Shown: in pieces, positions 22,322 through 32,233 of the stretch
Layout: each line of letters begins with the position of its first letter
Position numbering within the stretch: position 1 is the first letter of the stretch
NCBI GenBank assembly: GCA_026992315.1
Contig: JALXAG010000139.1
Location: 1-57,270 of the forward strand
Length of the DNA: 57,270 bases
From: Sneathiellales bacterium
Lineage (GTDB): Bacteria; Pseudomonadota; Alphaproteobacteria; Minwuiales; Minwuiaceae
Direction: 5' to 3'
Translations under genes and position numbers: made by a program
The notes under the pieces: model-generated
What the model saw: the letters and a program-made list of their open reading frames with translations, nothing else
Database searches by the model: none
What the model was told of the DNA's origin: nothing

Positions 22322-23170
22322 GTGAACGGTATTGCCGTCGGGTGCATCTACGGGCTGATCGCCCTTGGCTTCGTGCTGATCTACAAAGCCACGGAAATGG
22401 TCAATTTCGCCCAGGGCGATCTGATGATGCTGGGTGCTTTCGTGGCTTATACGCTGATTTCCGGGCTGGGGCTGCCCTACTGGCTGGGCCTGGCGGGGGC
22501 CGTGATCATCATGGCTGTTTTCGGCTATCTGCTCGATGCGGTGCTGCTGCGCCCGGTGATCGGTCAGCCGCAATTCGCCATTGTCATGCTGACCATCGGG
22601 CTGGGCTTCATCCTGCGGGCGGCGGCTGGCTTTATCTGGGGGCACGATCCGCTTTCCTTCGAAACGCCGTTCACCGGCAAGGTGGTCAATGCCGGCGGTG
22701 TCGTCATCGCGACCGAGAATCTGGCAATCATTTTCGGTACCGTACTGCTCTGCGCCATTCTTTATGCGTTCTTCCGCTTCACCAGGCTGGGGGTGGCGAT
22801 GCAGGCCTCGTCGCAGAATCAGCTTGCCGCCTATTATATGGGCATTCCGGTCAAGCGTATTTTTTCCATGATCTGGGCCTTGAGCGCCGGTGTGGCGGCG
22901 GTGGCGGGCATTCTTCTGGCGCCGAAATTCCTGATCGATCCGAATATGGGCTTTCTTGGTATCAAGGCCTTTGCCGCCGCAGTTCTGGGTGGGTTCGGCA
23001 GTATTCCCGGTGCCTTGCTCGGCGGGTTGGTGATTGGCGTGATCGAACAGATCGCCGGTGTATACGGCCCGCCCGGATCTCACGAAACGGCGGCCTATCT
23101 GGCATTGCTGCTGGTGCTGGTGCTCAAGCCCGGCGGCATATTTGCCCAGATCGGGCGCAAGAAAGTCTGA
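22322..23170 (+). CDS. branched-chain amino acid-type ABC transporter permease (LivH family)
   Basis: 282 aa from GTG 22322. ..NGIAVGCIYGLIALGFVLIYKATEMVNFAQGD.. is a LivH signature. The conserved N-terminal helix appears to start upstream (see the finding on a possible CTG start at 22298). Confidence 0.9.
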   Translation: MNGIAVGCIYGLIALGFVLIYKATEMVNFAQGDLMMLGAFVAYTLISGLGLPYWLGLAGAVIIMAVFGYLLDAVLLRPVIGQPQFAIVMLTIGLGFILRAAAGFIWGHDPLSFETPFTGKVVNAGGVVIATENLAIIFGTVLLCAILYAFFRFTRLGVAMQASSQNQLAAYYMGIPVKRIFSMIWALSAGVAAVAGILLAPKFLIDPNMGFLGIKAFAAAVLGGFGSIPGALLGGLVIGVIEQIAGVYGPPGSHETAAYLALLLVLVLKPGGIFAQIGRKKV

Positions 23171-23223
23171 GGCGGGCAAAGTTGTCGATGCCGGCAGGAC
23201 GGAAATAAGGGGACGGCGGCATT

Positions 23224-24300
23224 ATGCGCTTTGTGTTCAAGACCAGTTACGAACAGGATATCAATCTGTTCCGTCATGGCGGCGACAGGTTCTGGTACGG
23301 CCTGTTGCTGCTGGCACTGGCGGCAGCGCCGCTTCTGCTCGATACCTTTTATCTCGGGGAACTGTCCTTCATTCTGATTTACGCCATTGCCGCCACCGGG
23401 CTGATGCTGCTGGTCGGCTATACGGGGCTGGTCAGTCTGGGGCATGCGGCCTTTCTCGGTATCGGTGCCTATGCGAATGCCTATTTCATTTCCCAGGGCA
23501 TGCCCTTTCTCGTCTCTTTCCCGCTGGCGGGGCTGATCACGGCGGCAGCGGGGTTGCTGATCGGCGTGCCGACGTTGCGCATGTCGGGCATCTATCTGGC
23601 GATCGCGACGCTTGCCTTCGCCTATATCGTCGAACAGGTGTTCATCCGCTGGGAAAGCGTTACCGGCGGCTTTCGCGGCCTGCCGGTCGATGCCCCGGAT
23701 ATCTTCGGCTATCAGCTCTGGGAGCGCTGGGAATTCTATTATCTGTGTCTCGTCGTTCTGGTGGCGGTGATCCTGGGGGTGGCCAATCTGCTGCGTTCGC
23801 CGACCGGCCGGGCCTTTGTCGCCATCAGGGATTCGGAGATATCGGCGCAGAGCATGGGCATCAACCTGGCCCGTTACAAGGCGATGGCCTTTGCCCTTTC
23901 GGCCTTCATCACCGGGCTGGCCGGGGCACTGTACGGGCATCACATCAGTTATCTGGCGCCCGATGCCTTCGATATCCGCCTGTCGATCATTCTGCTGCTG
24001 ATGGTGGTGGTCGGCGGCGTCGGCTCCCTGCATGGCGCGGTCTATGGCGCCATATTCGCCGGGGCCCTGCCACAGGTCATCGCCATCCTGCGCGATTACC
24101 TGCCGCCCGCAATCAGCCAGACGCCGGGGCTGGAGCCGGCGCTGTTCGGCGTCATTCTGGTGTTCTTCATCCTGTTCGAGCCTTTCGGCATCTATGGCCG
24201 CTGGCTGAAGATCAAGCTCTATTTCCAGATGTTCCCGCTGTACAAGAAGGCGACCTTCAAGCGCCAGAAATCCTATCTGAAGACGGAGCGTCTGCGGTGA
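23224..24300 (+). CDS. branched-chain amino acid-type ABC transporter permease (LivM family)
   Basis: 358 aa, polytopic. ..GYTGLVSLGHAAFLGIGAYA.. is a LivM signature. Confidence 0.9.
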   Translation: MRFVFKTSYEQDINLFRHGGDRFWYGLLLLALAAAPLLLDTFYLGELSFILIYAIAATGLMLLVGYTGLVSLGHAAFLGIGAYANAYFISQGMPFLVSFPLAGLITAAAGLLIGVPTLRMSGIYLAIATLAFAYIVEQVFIRWESVTGGFRGLPVDAPDIFGYQLWERWEFYYLCLVVLVAVILGVANLLRSPTGRAFVAIRDSEISAQSMGINLARYKAMAFALSAFITGLAGALYGHHISYLAPDAFDIRLSIILLLMVVVGGVGSLHGAVYGAIFAGALPQVIAILRDYLPPAISQTPGLEPALFGVILVFFILFEPFGIYGRWLKIKLYFQMFPLYKKATFKRQKSYLKTERLR

Positions 24301-25057
24301 GCCTGCTGAGCGTCGAAAACCTCGCCATTCATTTCGGCGGCATCAAGGCCGTGGATCAGGTCAGCTTTGCGGTGGAGGCGGGCGAGGTGTTCACCATCAT
24401 CGGCCCGAACGGTGCCGGCAAGACGACGATCTTCAACCTGATCAGCCGCATTTACGATCCGACGGAGGGACGCCTGATTTTCGATGGCGTCGATTTCACG
24501 ACCATGCCTGCCCATCGCATTGCCGGGCTTGGTATTGCGCGGACCTTTCAGAACATCGAACTGTTCGAGCATGCGACGGTGCTGCAGAACCTGCTGGTCG
24601 GTCGCCAGCCCCATGCGCGCGTCAATCTGCTGAGCGAAATTTTGTTCCTGCCTTCCGTCCGCCGGGCGGAAATCGCCCACCGCGAGAAGGTGGAGGAGAT
24701 CATAGATCTTCTCGATCTGCAGGCCTATCGCGAGCAGATGATCGCCAATCTGCCCTATGGCGTCCGCAAGGTGGTGGAGATGGCCCGTGCCCTGTGCACG
24801 GAGCCTAAATTGCTGTTGCTGGACGAGCCCTCCTCCGGCCTGAACGTGGAGGAGACGCAGGACATGTCCTACTGGATCGAGGATATCAAAAGGCGCCTTG
24901 GCGTCACCGTGCTGATGGTCGAACATGACATGGGCCTGGTCTCGAGCGTTTCCGACCGGGTGCTGGCGCTGAATTACGGCCGGGTGCTGGCCCAGGGCAG
25001 TCCGGAGGAGGTGCAGCGCAATCCCGATGTCATCAAGGCCTATCTGGGAGGGGAGGA

Positions 25058-25061
<4 letters not shown>
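24297..25061 (+). CDS. ABC transporter ATP-binding protein (LivG family)
   Basis: GTG start in a GTGA overlap with the livM-like stop. ..GPNGAGKTT.. (Walker A), ..LPYGVRKVVEMARAL.. and ..LLLDEPSSGL... The 667-aa track ORF is only an upstream open extension of this frame. Confidence 0.9.
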
Positions 25062-25831
<770 letters not shown>

Positions 25832-25896
25832 GGCTAGGGCGGCGATGCTGATGAGCACATATGAGTCTGCGGAACACCGTCGGGAGAGGGGACATC

Positions 25897-27723
25897 ATGA
25901 AGGCTGATCGCAATCTGCCCCTGCCCGAGGGCGAGACCATGACGCGGCTGTTCTGGAACGCCGTGGAGCTGCGAGGCGATCTGGTGGCCCTGCGGCAGAA
26001 GGAATTCGGTATCTGGCGGGCGGTGAGCTGGCGGGAATTCGGCGATATCGCCCGTGAAATCGGCATGGGGCTGGTGGCGCTCGGTTTCGAGGCGGGGGAA
26101 CGGGCGAGTATTCTCTCCAACAATGTCAAGGAATGGGCCTTTGCCGATTTCGCCATTCTGGGGGCTGCCGGGGTTTCGGCCGGAATCTACCCGACCGACA
26201 GTGCCGCGCAGGTCGAATATCTGCTGCGCGATTGCGCGGCGCGCTATCTGTTTGTGGAGGACGAGGAACAGCTGGACAAGGCATTATCGGTGCGCGAACG
26301 CTGCCCCGACCTGCGCAAGATCATCGTCTTCGACATGGAGGATCTGTACGATTTCGAGGATCCGGATGTGCTCTCCCTCGACGATCTGCGCGCCCTCGGT
26401 CGGGAAGCGGCGGCGCGCCACCCCGAAGAATGGCTGCGGCGGATCGATCTGCGCCGGGCGGAGGATCTGGCGATTCTCGTCTATACTTCCGGAACCACCG
26501 GCCCGCCGAAGGGGGCGATGCTGAGCCATCGCAATCTTGTCTGTCAATGCGTCGAAGGGATAAAGATCCTGCCCCAGCATCTGGGGGATGAGCGTATTTC
26601 CTTTCTGCCGCTGTGCCATGTGGCCGAACGCATCGGCGGGCTGTATATGGCGGTCTATTCCGGGGCGATCAGTAATTTCGTCGAAAACCCGGAAACCGTG
26701 CCGGAGAATATCCGCGAGGTGCAGCCAACCTTTTTCGGTGCCGTGCCGCGGATCTGGGAGAAGTTTTACTCGGCGATCAATATCGCCCTGCAGGATGCCA
26801 CGCCTTTTGAACGCTGGGCCTACCGTACGGCGCTCGGCTTTGGCCGTCGGGTTGCGGATCTGGAACTGGAGGGCCGTCCCGTACCAATGGGCTTGCGCAT
26901 TCTCAATGCCATCGGTTATGCGCTGGTTCTGAAGAATGTTCGCCGCATGATGGGGCTGGGCCGCTGCCGCTGGGCCTTTACCGGAGCGGCGCCCATTTCG
27001 CCGGAGCTGGTGCGCTGGTATCTGTCGCTGGGCCTGCCGATGCTCGAAGTCTACGGGCAAACGGAAAATGCCGGCCTGGCCACCTATACGCCGATCGGCG
27101 GGGTGCGCCTGGGCAAGGTCGGCATCAGCGTCCCCTATGGCGAGGTGCGCATCTCCGATGAAGGAGAAATTCTGCTGCGGGGTGATCATGTCTTCATGGG
27201 TTATCTGAATCAGCCGGAGAAGACGGCGGAGACCCTGGCCGGCGGCTGGCTGCATACGGGCGATGTCGGTTTCATCGATAATGAAGGTTATGTGAAGATC
27301 ACCGACCGCATGAAAGATATCATCATAACCGCCGGCGGAAAGAACATCACGCCAAGCGAGATCGAGAACGAGCTGAAATTCTCGCCTTTCATCTCCGATG
27401 CCGTGGTGATCGGGGACGGGCGCAAATATCTGACCTGTCTGGTGATGATCGATCACGACAATGTGGTAAAATTCGCGCAGGACAGGAATGTGCCTTTCAC
27501 GAATTACGCCAGCCTGTGCCGCGCGCGCGAGGTTCAGGACCTGATCTGGCGGGAGATCGAGAAAGTGAACGCAAATTTCGCACGGGTGGAGACGATCAAG
27601 AAATTCCGCCTGATAGAGCAGGAACTAACGGCGGAGGATGACGAACTGACGCCGACGATGAAGCTGAAGCGCAAATTTGTGAACGAGAAATACAGGGACC
27701 TGATAGAGGAAATGTATTCGTGA
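25897..27723 (+). CDS. AMP-dependent acyl-CoA synthetase (long-chain-fatty-acid--CoA ligase-like), embedded in the ABC operon
   Basis: ..YTSGTTGPPKGAMLSHRN.., ..YGQTE.. and ..TGDVGFIDNEGYVKITDRMKDIIITAGGKNITP... ATG 25897 has the SD GAGAGGGGA five nt upstream; ATG 25861 is an alternative. Confidence 0.87.
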   Translation: MKADRNLPLPEGETMTRLFWNAVELRGDLVALRQKEFGIWRAVSWREFGDIAREIGMGLVALGFEAGERASILSNNVKEWAFADFAILGAAGVSAGIYPTDSAAQVEYLLRDCAARYLFVEDEEQLDKALSVRERCPDLRKIIVFDMEDLYDFEDPDVLSLDDLRALGREAAARHPEEWLRRIDLRRAEDLAILVYTSGTTGPPKGAMLSHRNLVCQCVEGIKILPQHLGDERISFLPLCHVAERIGGLYMAVYSGAISNFVENPETVPENIREVQPTFFGAVPRIWEKFYSAINIALQDATPFERWAYRTALGFGRRVADLELEGRPVPMGLRILNAIGYALVLKNVRRMMGLGRCRWAFTGAAPISPELVRWYLSLGLPMLEVYGQTENAGLATYTPIGGVRLGKVGISVPYGEVRISDEGEILLRGDHVFMGYLNQPEKTAETLAGGWLHTGDVGFIDNEGYVKITDRMKDIIITAGGKNITPSEIENELKFSPFISDAVVIGDGRKYLTCLVMIDHDNVVKFAQDRNVPFTNYASLCRAREVQDLIWREIEKVNANFARVETIKKFRLIEQELTAEDDELTPTMKLKRKFVNEKYRDLIEEMYS

Positions 27724-27841
27724 TATGCTGCAGGCTGATGGGGCGGAGCAGCGGCGGCCAGAACGGGGCGTTATGGATATGTGGCGGTGCGGCCAGACCG
27801 GTCCATGATCGAAGAATCGATGGCCAACAGGGAGGAAGACG

Positions 27842-29011
27842 ATGAAAACACTGAAACTGGCGATAGCAGCGGCGGCAGGGATGTCCATTGCCGCCATGGC
27901 AGCCACGGCAGCTGCCGGCGGGGTGAGCGATAAGGAAATCGTTCTGGGAACCCATACGGATCTCAGCGGTCCGGCCGCGACCTGGGGTGTCGGTTCGACC
28001 AACGGCATCCGTCTGCGCTTCAAGGAGGTCAATGACAACGGCGGCGTCAATGGCCGCAAGATCCGTTTCGTGGTCGAGGATTCCCAATACCAGGTGCCCC
28101 GTGCGGTGCAGGCGGCAAACAAGCTGATCAACCGCGATCGTATCTTCGCCATGGTTGGGGCCCTGGGCACGCCGATGAACAATGCGGTGATGAAGCGCCA
28201 GCTTGCCGCGGGCATCCCCAATCTGTTTCCGTTTACGGCATCCCAGCAGATGGTGCGCCCGTTTCACAAGATGAAATTCGGCGCTTTCCCGACCTATTAC
28301 GATCAGATCCGCGCCGGGGTGAAATTCTTTGTCGAAAAGCGCGGCAAGAAGGCCGTCTGCGCGATGTACCAGGATACCGACTATGGTCAGGAGATCCTGG
28401 ATGCGGTGACCGACCAGCTCAAGGCGATGAACATGTCGCTGGTGGCGCGTACGGCGCATAAGCCGACGGATTCCGATTTTACCTCGTCAATCGCCAAGCT
28501 GCAGAAGGCCAATTGCGATCTGGTGGTTTTGGGCTCCATCGTCCGCGATACGATCATCCCGGTGGCAACGGCCAAGAAAATGGGCTGGAAGGTCGATTTT
28601 CTCGGTTCGACCGCATCTCTCGATTTCTATGTTTCGGGGGCCAAGGGCGGCATCACCGAAGGCTATTATGCCATGTCGCAGTTCCTGCCGGCCTATGAGG
28701 ACACGGCTTCGCCGATCGTGAAGAAGTTCTTCGCCGATTACCGCGCCGCCTATGGCAAGGAGCCGAATATTGCAGCCCAGGTCGGTTACATGATCGGCGA
28801 TCTGGTGGTGATGGGGCTGGATCGCGCCGGGCGCAAGCTGACCACGGACAGCTTCATCAAGGGGCTGGAGAGCATCAAGGGCTATCGTGACATTTTCGGC
28901 GGACCGGAGCTGAATTTCTCGGCCGATCAGCACTTGGGCACGGACAAGGCCTTCCTGATGCAGGTGCGCAAAGGCCGGTGGGAGCGGGTGACCCAGCCTC
29001 TGTCATATTGA
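27842..29011 (+). CDS. ABC transporter substrate-binding protein (LivK/type-I periplasmic binding fold)
   Basis: 389 aa. Signal peptide MKTLKLAIAAAAGMSIAAMAATAAAGG, then ..IVLGTHTDLSGPAATWG..NDNGGVNGRKIRFVVEDSQY... Confidence 0.9.
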   Translation: MKTLKLAIAAAAGMSIAAMAATAAAGGVSDKEIVLGTHTDLSGPAATWGVGSTNGIRLRFKEVNDNGGVNGRKIRFVVEDSQYQVPRAVQAANKLINRDRIFAMVGALGTPMNNAVMKRQLAAGIPNLFPFTASQQMVRPFHKMKFGAFPTYYDQIRAGVKFFVEKRGKKAVCAMYQDTDYGQEILDAVTDQLKAMNMSLVARTAHKPTDSDFTSSIAKLQKANCDLVVLGSIVRDTIIPVATAKKMGWKVDFLGSTASLDFYVSGAKGGITEGYYAMSQFLPAYEDTASPIVKKFFADYRAAYGKEPNIAAQVGYMIGDLVVMGLDRAGRKLTTDSFIKGLESIKGYRDIFGGPELNFSADQHLGTDKAFLMQVRKGRWERVTQPLSY

Positions 29012-29042
29012 CAGGCCTTTTGGGCTGTTCCACATGCATGCG

Positions 29043-29071
29043 AAGAGGGGCCCGCGCGGCCCCTCTTTTTT
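29043..29071 (+). terminator. intrinsic terminator after the binding-protein gene
   Basis: AAGAGGGGCC-CGCGC-GGCCCCTCTT: a 10-bp stem running into a T-run (29066-29071). Confidence 0.65.
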
Positions 29072-29098
29072 CGTCTCTGCAGTCCAGGCATTACAGTA

Positions 29099-29152
29099 TA
29101 TTTCGATTCTTCCGGAAATACAGTTGACCAGGTGCCGGAAAGGCCCTATCAT
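29099..29152 (+). promoter_or_regulatory. candidate arsR promoter (TTGACC-N17-TATCAT) preceded by TATTTC..TTCCGGAAATA inverted-repeat element
   Basis: Read directly. The 11-mer TTCCGGAAATA (29110-29120) recurs as TTCTGGAAATA at 29515-29525. Confidence 0.35.
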
Positions 29153-29158
29153 TACCTC

Positions 29159-29491
29159 ATGGAAATAGAGGAAATGGCAAAAAAGTTACATGCCTTGGGC
29201 AACCCGACCCGATTGGCGGTTTTCCTTCAGCTGGTGCGGGCGGGGCGCGATGGCGTTGCCGTTGGCGGGGTGCAGAAGGCGCTGGGGCTGCCCGGCTCCA
29301 CGCTTAGCCACCATCTGCAGCGGTTGATTGCGGCCGGCCTGGCCCGGCAGGAACGCCGGGGCACCACGCTGATCTGCACGGCCGATTACGAGACGATGGA
29401 GGCGATTGTCTCCTATCTGAACGATGAATGCTGTGCCGATGAACGGCGGAATCGCGCTGACGATGTGTCCGGGCGGCGGGGAGTTGCATAA
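29159..29491 (+). CDS. ArsR/SmtB family transcriptional regulator
   Basis: ..LHALGNPTRLAVFLQLV..VGGVQKALGLPGSTLSHHLQRLIAAGL.. (wHTH). C-terminal vicinal cysteines ..NDECCADE... Start is ambiguous (GTG 29132, ATG 29159 or ATG 29174). Confidence 0.85.
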   Translation: MEIEEMAKKLHALGNPTRLAVFLQLVRAGRDGVAVGGVQKALGLPGSTLSHHLQRLIAAGLARQERRGTTLICTADYETMEAIVSYLNDECCADERRNRADDVSGRRGVA

Positions 29492-29514
29492 TTTTTTGCC
29501 TATAAATTCTATTT

Positions 29515-29525
29515 TTCTGGAAATA
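29515..29525. promoter_or_regulatory. second copy of the TTC(C/T)GGAAATA motif, 20 nt upstream of the permease start
   Basis: Read directly. 10/11 identical to 29110-29120. Confidence 0.3.
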
Positions 29526-29544
29526 AAGAATTAAGGAGTGTCCG

Positions 29545-30657
29545 ATGTCTGAGAGCAGGATTGCCGGTACATGCTGTACCGCGGAGAAGACGGCCATGTC
29601 GGCTGTTGCTGAAGGCAGCGGCATAGTGGCTTCGCTGCGCCCCCTCGTTCTTTGGGCAGGCCGCATCGACAGGGTCGTGCTGGTGCTGGTTGGCGCCATA
29701 GCTGCCTATGCCCTGTACGATCCGGCGCGCGCCTGGGAAAGCATTGTTTTCGTGGCGCGTAATTTCCTTTCCCTGTTGCCCTTCATCCTGCTGTCGATCG
29801 GTGTGGCGGCCTATATGAATGCGACCGGGGCCGATAATCTCGTTGCCAGGGCTTTTAGGGGACGGGTGTTGACGATGATTGTTCTGGCGGCAGCCATGGG
29901 CTCCCTGTCACCCTTTTGTTCCTGCGGCGTCATCCCTTTGATTGCCGGGTTTCTGGCCATGGGATTGCCGCTTTCGGCGGTTATGGCCTTCTGGCTGGCC
30001 TCGCCGCTGATGGATCCTTCGATGTTCGTGCTGACCATCGGCGCGCTGGGGCTTGAATTTGCCATAGCCAAGCTGTTGGTTGCCTTTAGCGTCGGCCTGA
30101 TCGGCGGGCTTGTGGTTTATGCCATTCAGCAGGCGGGCGGGCTCAAACATGCTCTGCGTCCTGGCATGGGCGGCGGTTGCACCGGCGGCGGGTGTACGCC
30201 CAAGGGCATGGGGGCGGTGCGTTGGCGTTTCTGGAAGGAGGAGCCGCGTCGGCACATTTTCCGCCAATCCGCCTTATCGAATATGCTGTTTCTCGGCAAA
30301 TGGCTGGCACTGGCCTTTTTCCTTGAAAGCCTGATGCTGGCCTATGTGCCGGGTGAACGGATTGTCGATTATGTCGGCGGCAGCAATGCGGGATCGATCT
30401 TTATTGCCGCCCTTCTCGGCGTTCCCGCCTATCTGAACGGTTATGCCGCATTGCCGCTGGTCGGCGGGCTGATTCAGCAGGGAATGGCACCGGGAGCCGG
30501 CATGGCATTTCTGATCGGCGGTGGCGTGACCAGCATTCCCGCGGCCACGGCGGTATGGGCCCTGGCCCGTCTGCCGGTGTTTTTTACCTATCTGGCGTTG
30601 TCGCTGGGCGGGGCTTTTGCCGCCGGGCTTGCCTTTCAGGCGTGGTCGCTGCTGTGA
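29545..30657 (+). CDS. permease, UPF0718/DUF318 (ArsP-like) family
   Basis: 370 aa, polytopic. The ..LSPFCSCGVIPLIAGF.. motif is typical of this family. Preceded by AAGGAG. Confidence 0.8.
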   Translation: MSESRIAGTCCTAEKTAMSAVAEGSGIVASLRPLVLWAGRIDRVVLVLVGAIAAYALYDPARAWESIVFVARNFLSLLPFILLSIGVAAYMNATGADNLVARAFRGRVLTMIVLAAAMGSLSPFCSCGVIPLIAGFLAMGLPLSAVMAFWLASPLMDPSMFVLTIGALGLEFAIAKLLVAFSVGLIGGLVVYAIQQAGGLKHALRPGMGGGCTGGGCTPKGMGAVRWRFWKEEPRRHIFRQSALSNMLFLGKWLALAFFLESLMLAYVPGERIVDYVGGSNAGSIFIAALLGVPAYLNGYAALPLVGGLIQQGMAPGAGMAFLIGGGVTSIPAATAVWALARLPVFFTYLALSLGGAFAAGLAFQAWSLL

Positions 30658-30735
30658 CCTGCGCAGGTACCTGCCGGCCAGACCGGGTTTTTTCCTTCCC
30701 GATCTTGGTCACCGGCTGGCTGGCAGGTGCCGGGA

Positions 30736-32127
30736 TCAGAACAATAGCCGTGCGCCCAGGCTGACTACCGTATTCGTATAGTCGAAATTCGGTTGATTGG
30801 AATTGACGACGCTGCGCGAAAGATTGGTGAACAGGCTCCACTCTCCGCTCAAGGGGATTTCTCCGGACAGGCCGAGGCGCCATTCCTCGTCATAACGGCG
30901 GTGCAGGGGGTCGATGGTCAGGTCGATGCCCCGGTAGGCCTTGATCTGCCGCGTAACGGCCAGCGATACCTTCCAGGGCGAGGGCAGATCCTGAAGCGGT
31001 GAGTCGAAACCTGCCGACCAGAAGCCGGTCGCGGCAAGCTGGCGGTAGCTGTTCGATGAAATTCTGGCGGTACGGATGAGATAACGAAGATTGATGCCAA
31101 CGGTCGTTTTTCCGCCCGGCAGATGGCGGAAGGTGGCCGATATTTCCTTGTCCAGGCTGTCCTGGCGGCTGTTGTGCGGCCTGCTGGCGCTGTTGCGGTA
31201 GATGTTCTGGCGCAACTGCATGTCGAGGCTGAGCGCATTGCGTGCGTTTACGGGGATTTCGGCTTCCAGACCGCCGCCGAATGACGCCGAATAGGTCGAA
31301 TTCTCCAGCCAGGTATAATCGGCCTGTCCGTAAGGGCGGACGAAGACGTTATCGAAGAGGTCAGGCGCAAAGGCCGTGCGCGGGCCGGAGCTGATGCGCA
31401 GATAATACAGGTCGAGCTGTTCCTGATCCTGCTGCTTGGCTTCGTAGAAGCTGAAACGGGTATCGATTTCGCTGCGGTCCTGGCGCTGCAGATCGTAGCG
31501 GTGGCGCAGATCGATGGCGGCAAACAGGTTATAATCCGCCTGTTGGGTAAATTCGTCGTTCAGCGTGGCGATAACGCCGCCGACCAGAACCGCCGGGGAG
31601 CTGGGGCCGCCATTGGCGTTGCTCTGATAGCGGGCGCCCATGGCGATACTGCCGAAGAATTTGTGCCGTGACAGCCGTTTATTCGCTTCGCTCAGATAGA
31701 TCTCTACGCGGGAACGGATATTGTCGGGCATATCCTTGGCGCGCATCGCTTCCTGCAGATAGCTGCGGGCAATGGCATAAGAGCCGATGCGGAAATACAA
31801 CACCCCAAGTTCGAGGCGGACGCGGGGCAGATCGGGGTTGATCAGCAGCATGCGTTCGAGGGCGGAAATCGCCCCTTCGAAATCGCCGATGCGCATGGCC
31901 AGTTCGGCAAAGGCAAAGGTGATGTCGAGGTTGCCCGGATTATCCAGCATGCGCTGAAAGGCGGCTTCGTAAGCGGCTTTCAGGTCGGGATCCGCAGCCT
32001 CTGTCACGGGGGGAACCGCATCGGCCTGGGCCCTGGCCTCAAAGGGAATGGCCGCCGCCGCGGAAAGGCCGGCAAGAACCGAGAATGCCACATGGCGGAT
32101 TTTTGTGCTGCTCTTCTGTCGCCGCAT
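30736..32127 (-). CDS. outer-membrane protein with N-terminal TPR repeats and C-terminal DUF560 (Slam-like) beta-barrel
   Basis: 463 aa. Signal peptide ..AAAIPFEARA/QA, then TPR-like helices (..AELAMRIGDFEGAISALERMLLINPDLPRVRLELGVLYFRIGSYAIARSYLQEAM..). The alternating beta-strand region ends ..NSNQPNFDYTNTVVSLGARLLF (terminal Phe OMP signature). Confidence 0.55.
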   Translation of the reverse strand: MRRQKSSTKIRHVAFSVLAGLSAAAAIPFEARAQADAVPPVTEAADPDLKAAYEAAFQRMLDNPGNLDITFAFAELAMRIGDFEGAISALERMLLINPDLPRVRLELGVLYFRIGSYAIARSYLQEAMRAKDMPDNIRSRVEIYLSEANKRLSRHKFFGSIAMGARYQSNANGGPSSPAVLVGGVIATLNDEFTQQADYNLFAAIDLRHRYDLQRQDRSEIDTRFSFYEAKQQDQEQLDLYYLRISSGPRTAFAPDLFDNVFVRPYGQADYTWLENSTYSASFGGGLEAEIPVNARNALSLDMQLRQNIYRNSASRPHNSRQDSLDKEISATFRHLPGGKTTVGINLRYLIRTARISSNSYRQLAATGFWSAGFDSPLQDLPSPWKVSLAVTRQIKAYRGIDLTIDPLHRRYDEEWRLGLSGEIPLSGEWSLFTNLSRSVVNSNQPNFDYTNTVVSLGARLLF

Positions 32128-32233
32128 ATGGACTGCTACCCGCTTCCCCGCTTGTCGAATGGCTTGTAAGTCGCCTTTTCAGCATTCCCCCGGCACCCGC
32201 GAGGATAAAAACGAAAGTCGGTGCATTCAACCT

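Noticed and set aside
30658-30735. Terminator after the ArsP-like permease (GCAGGTACCTGC palindrome, CCGG..CCGG, T6 at 30689-30694)
   Set aside because: The stems adjacent to the T-run are only 3-4 bp. The 12-bp palindrome has no loop as RNA. Too weak to annotate.
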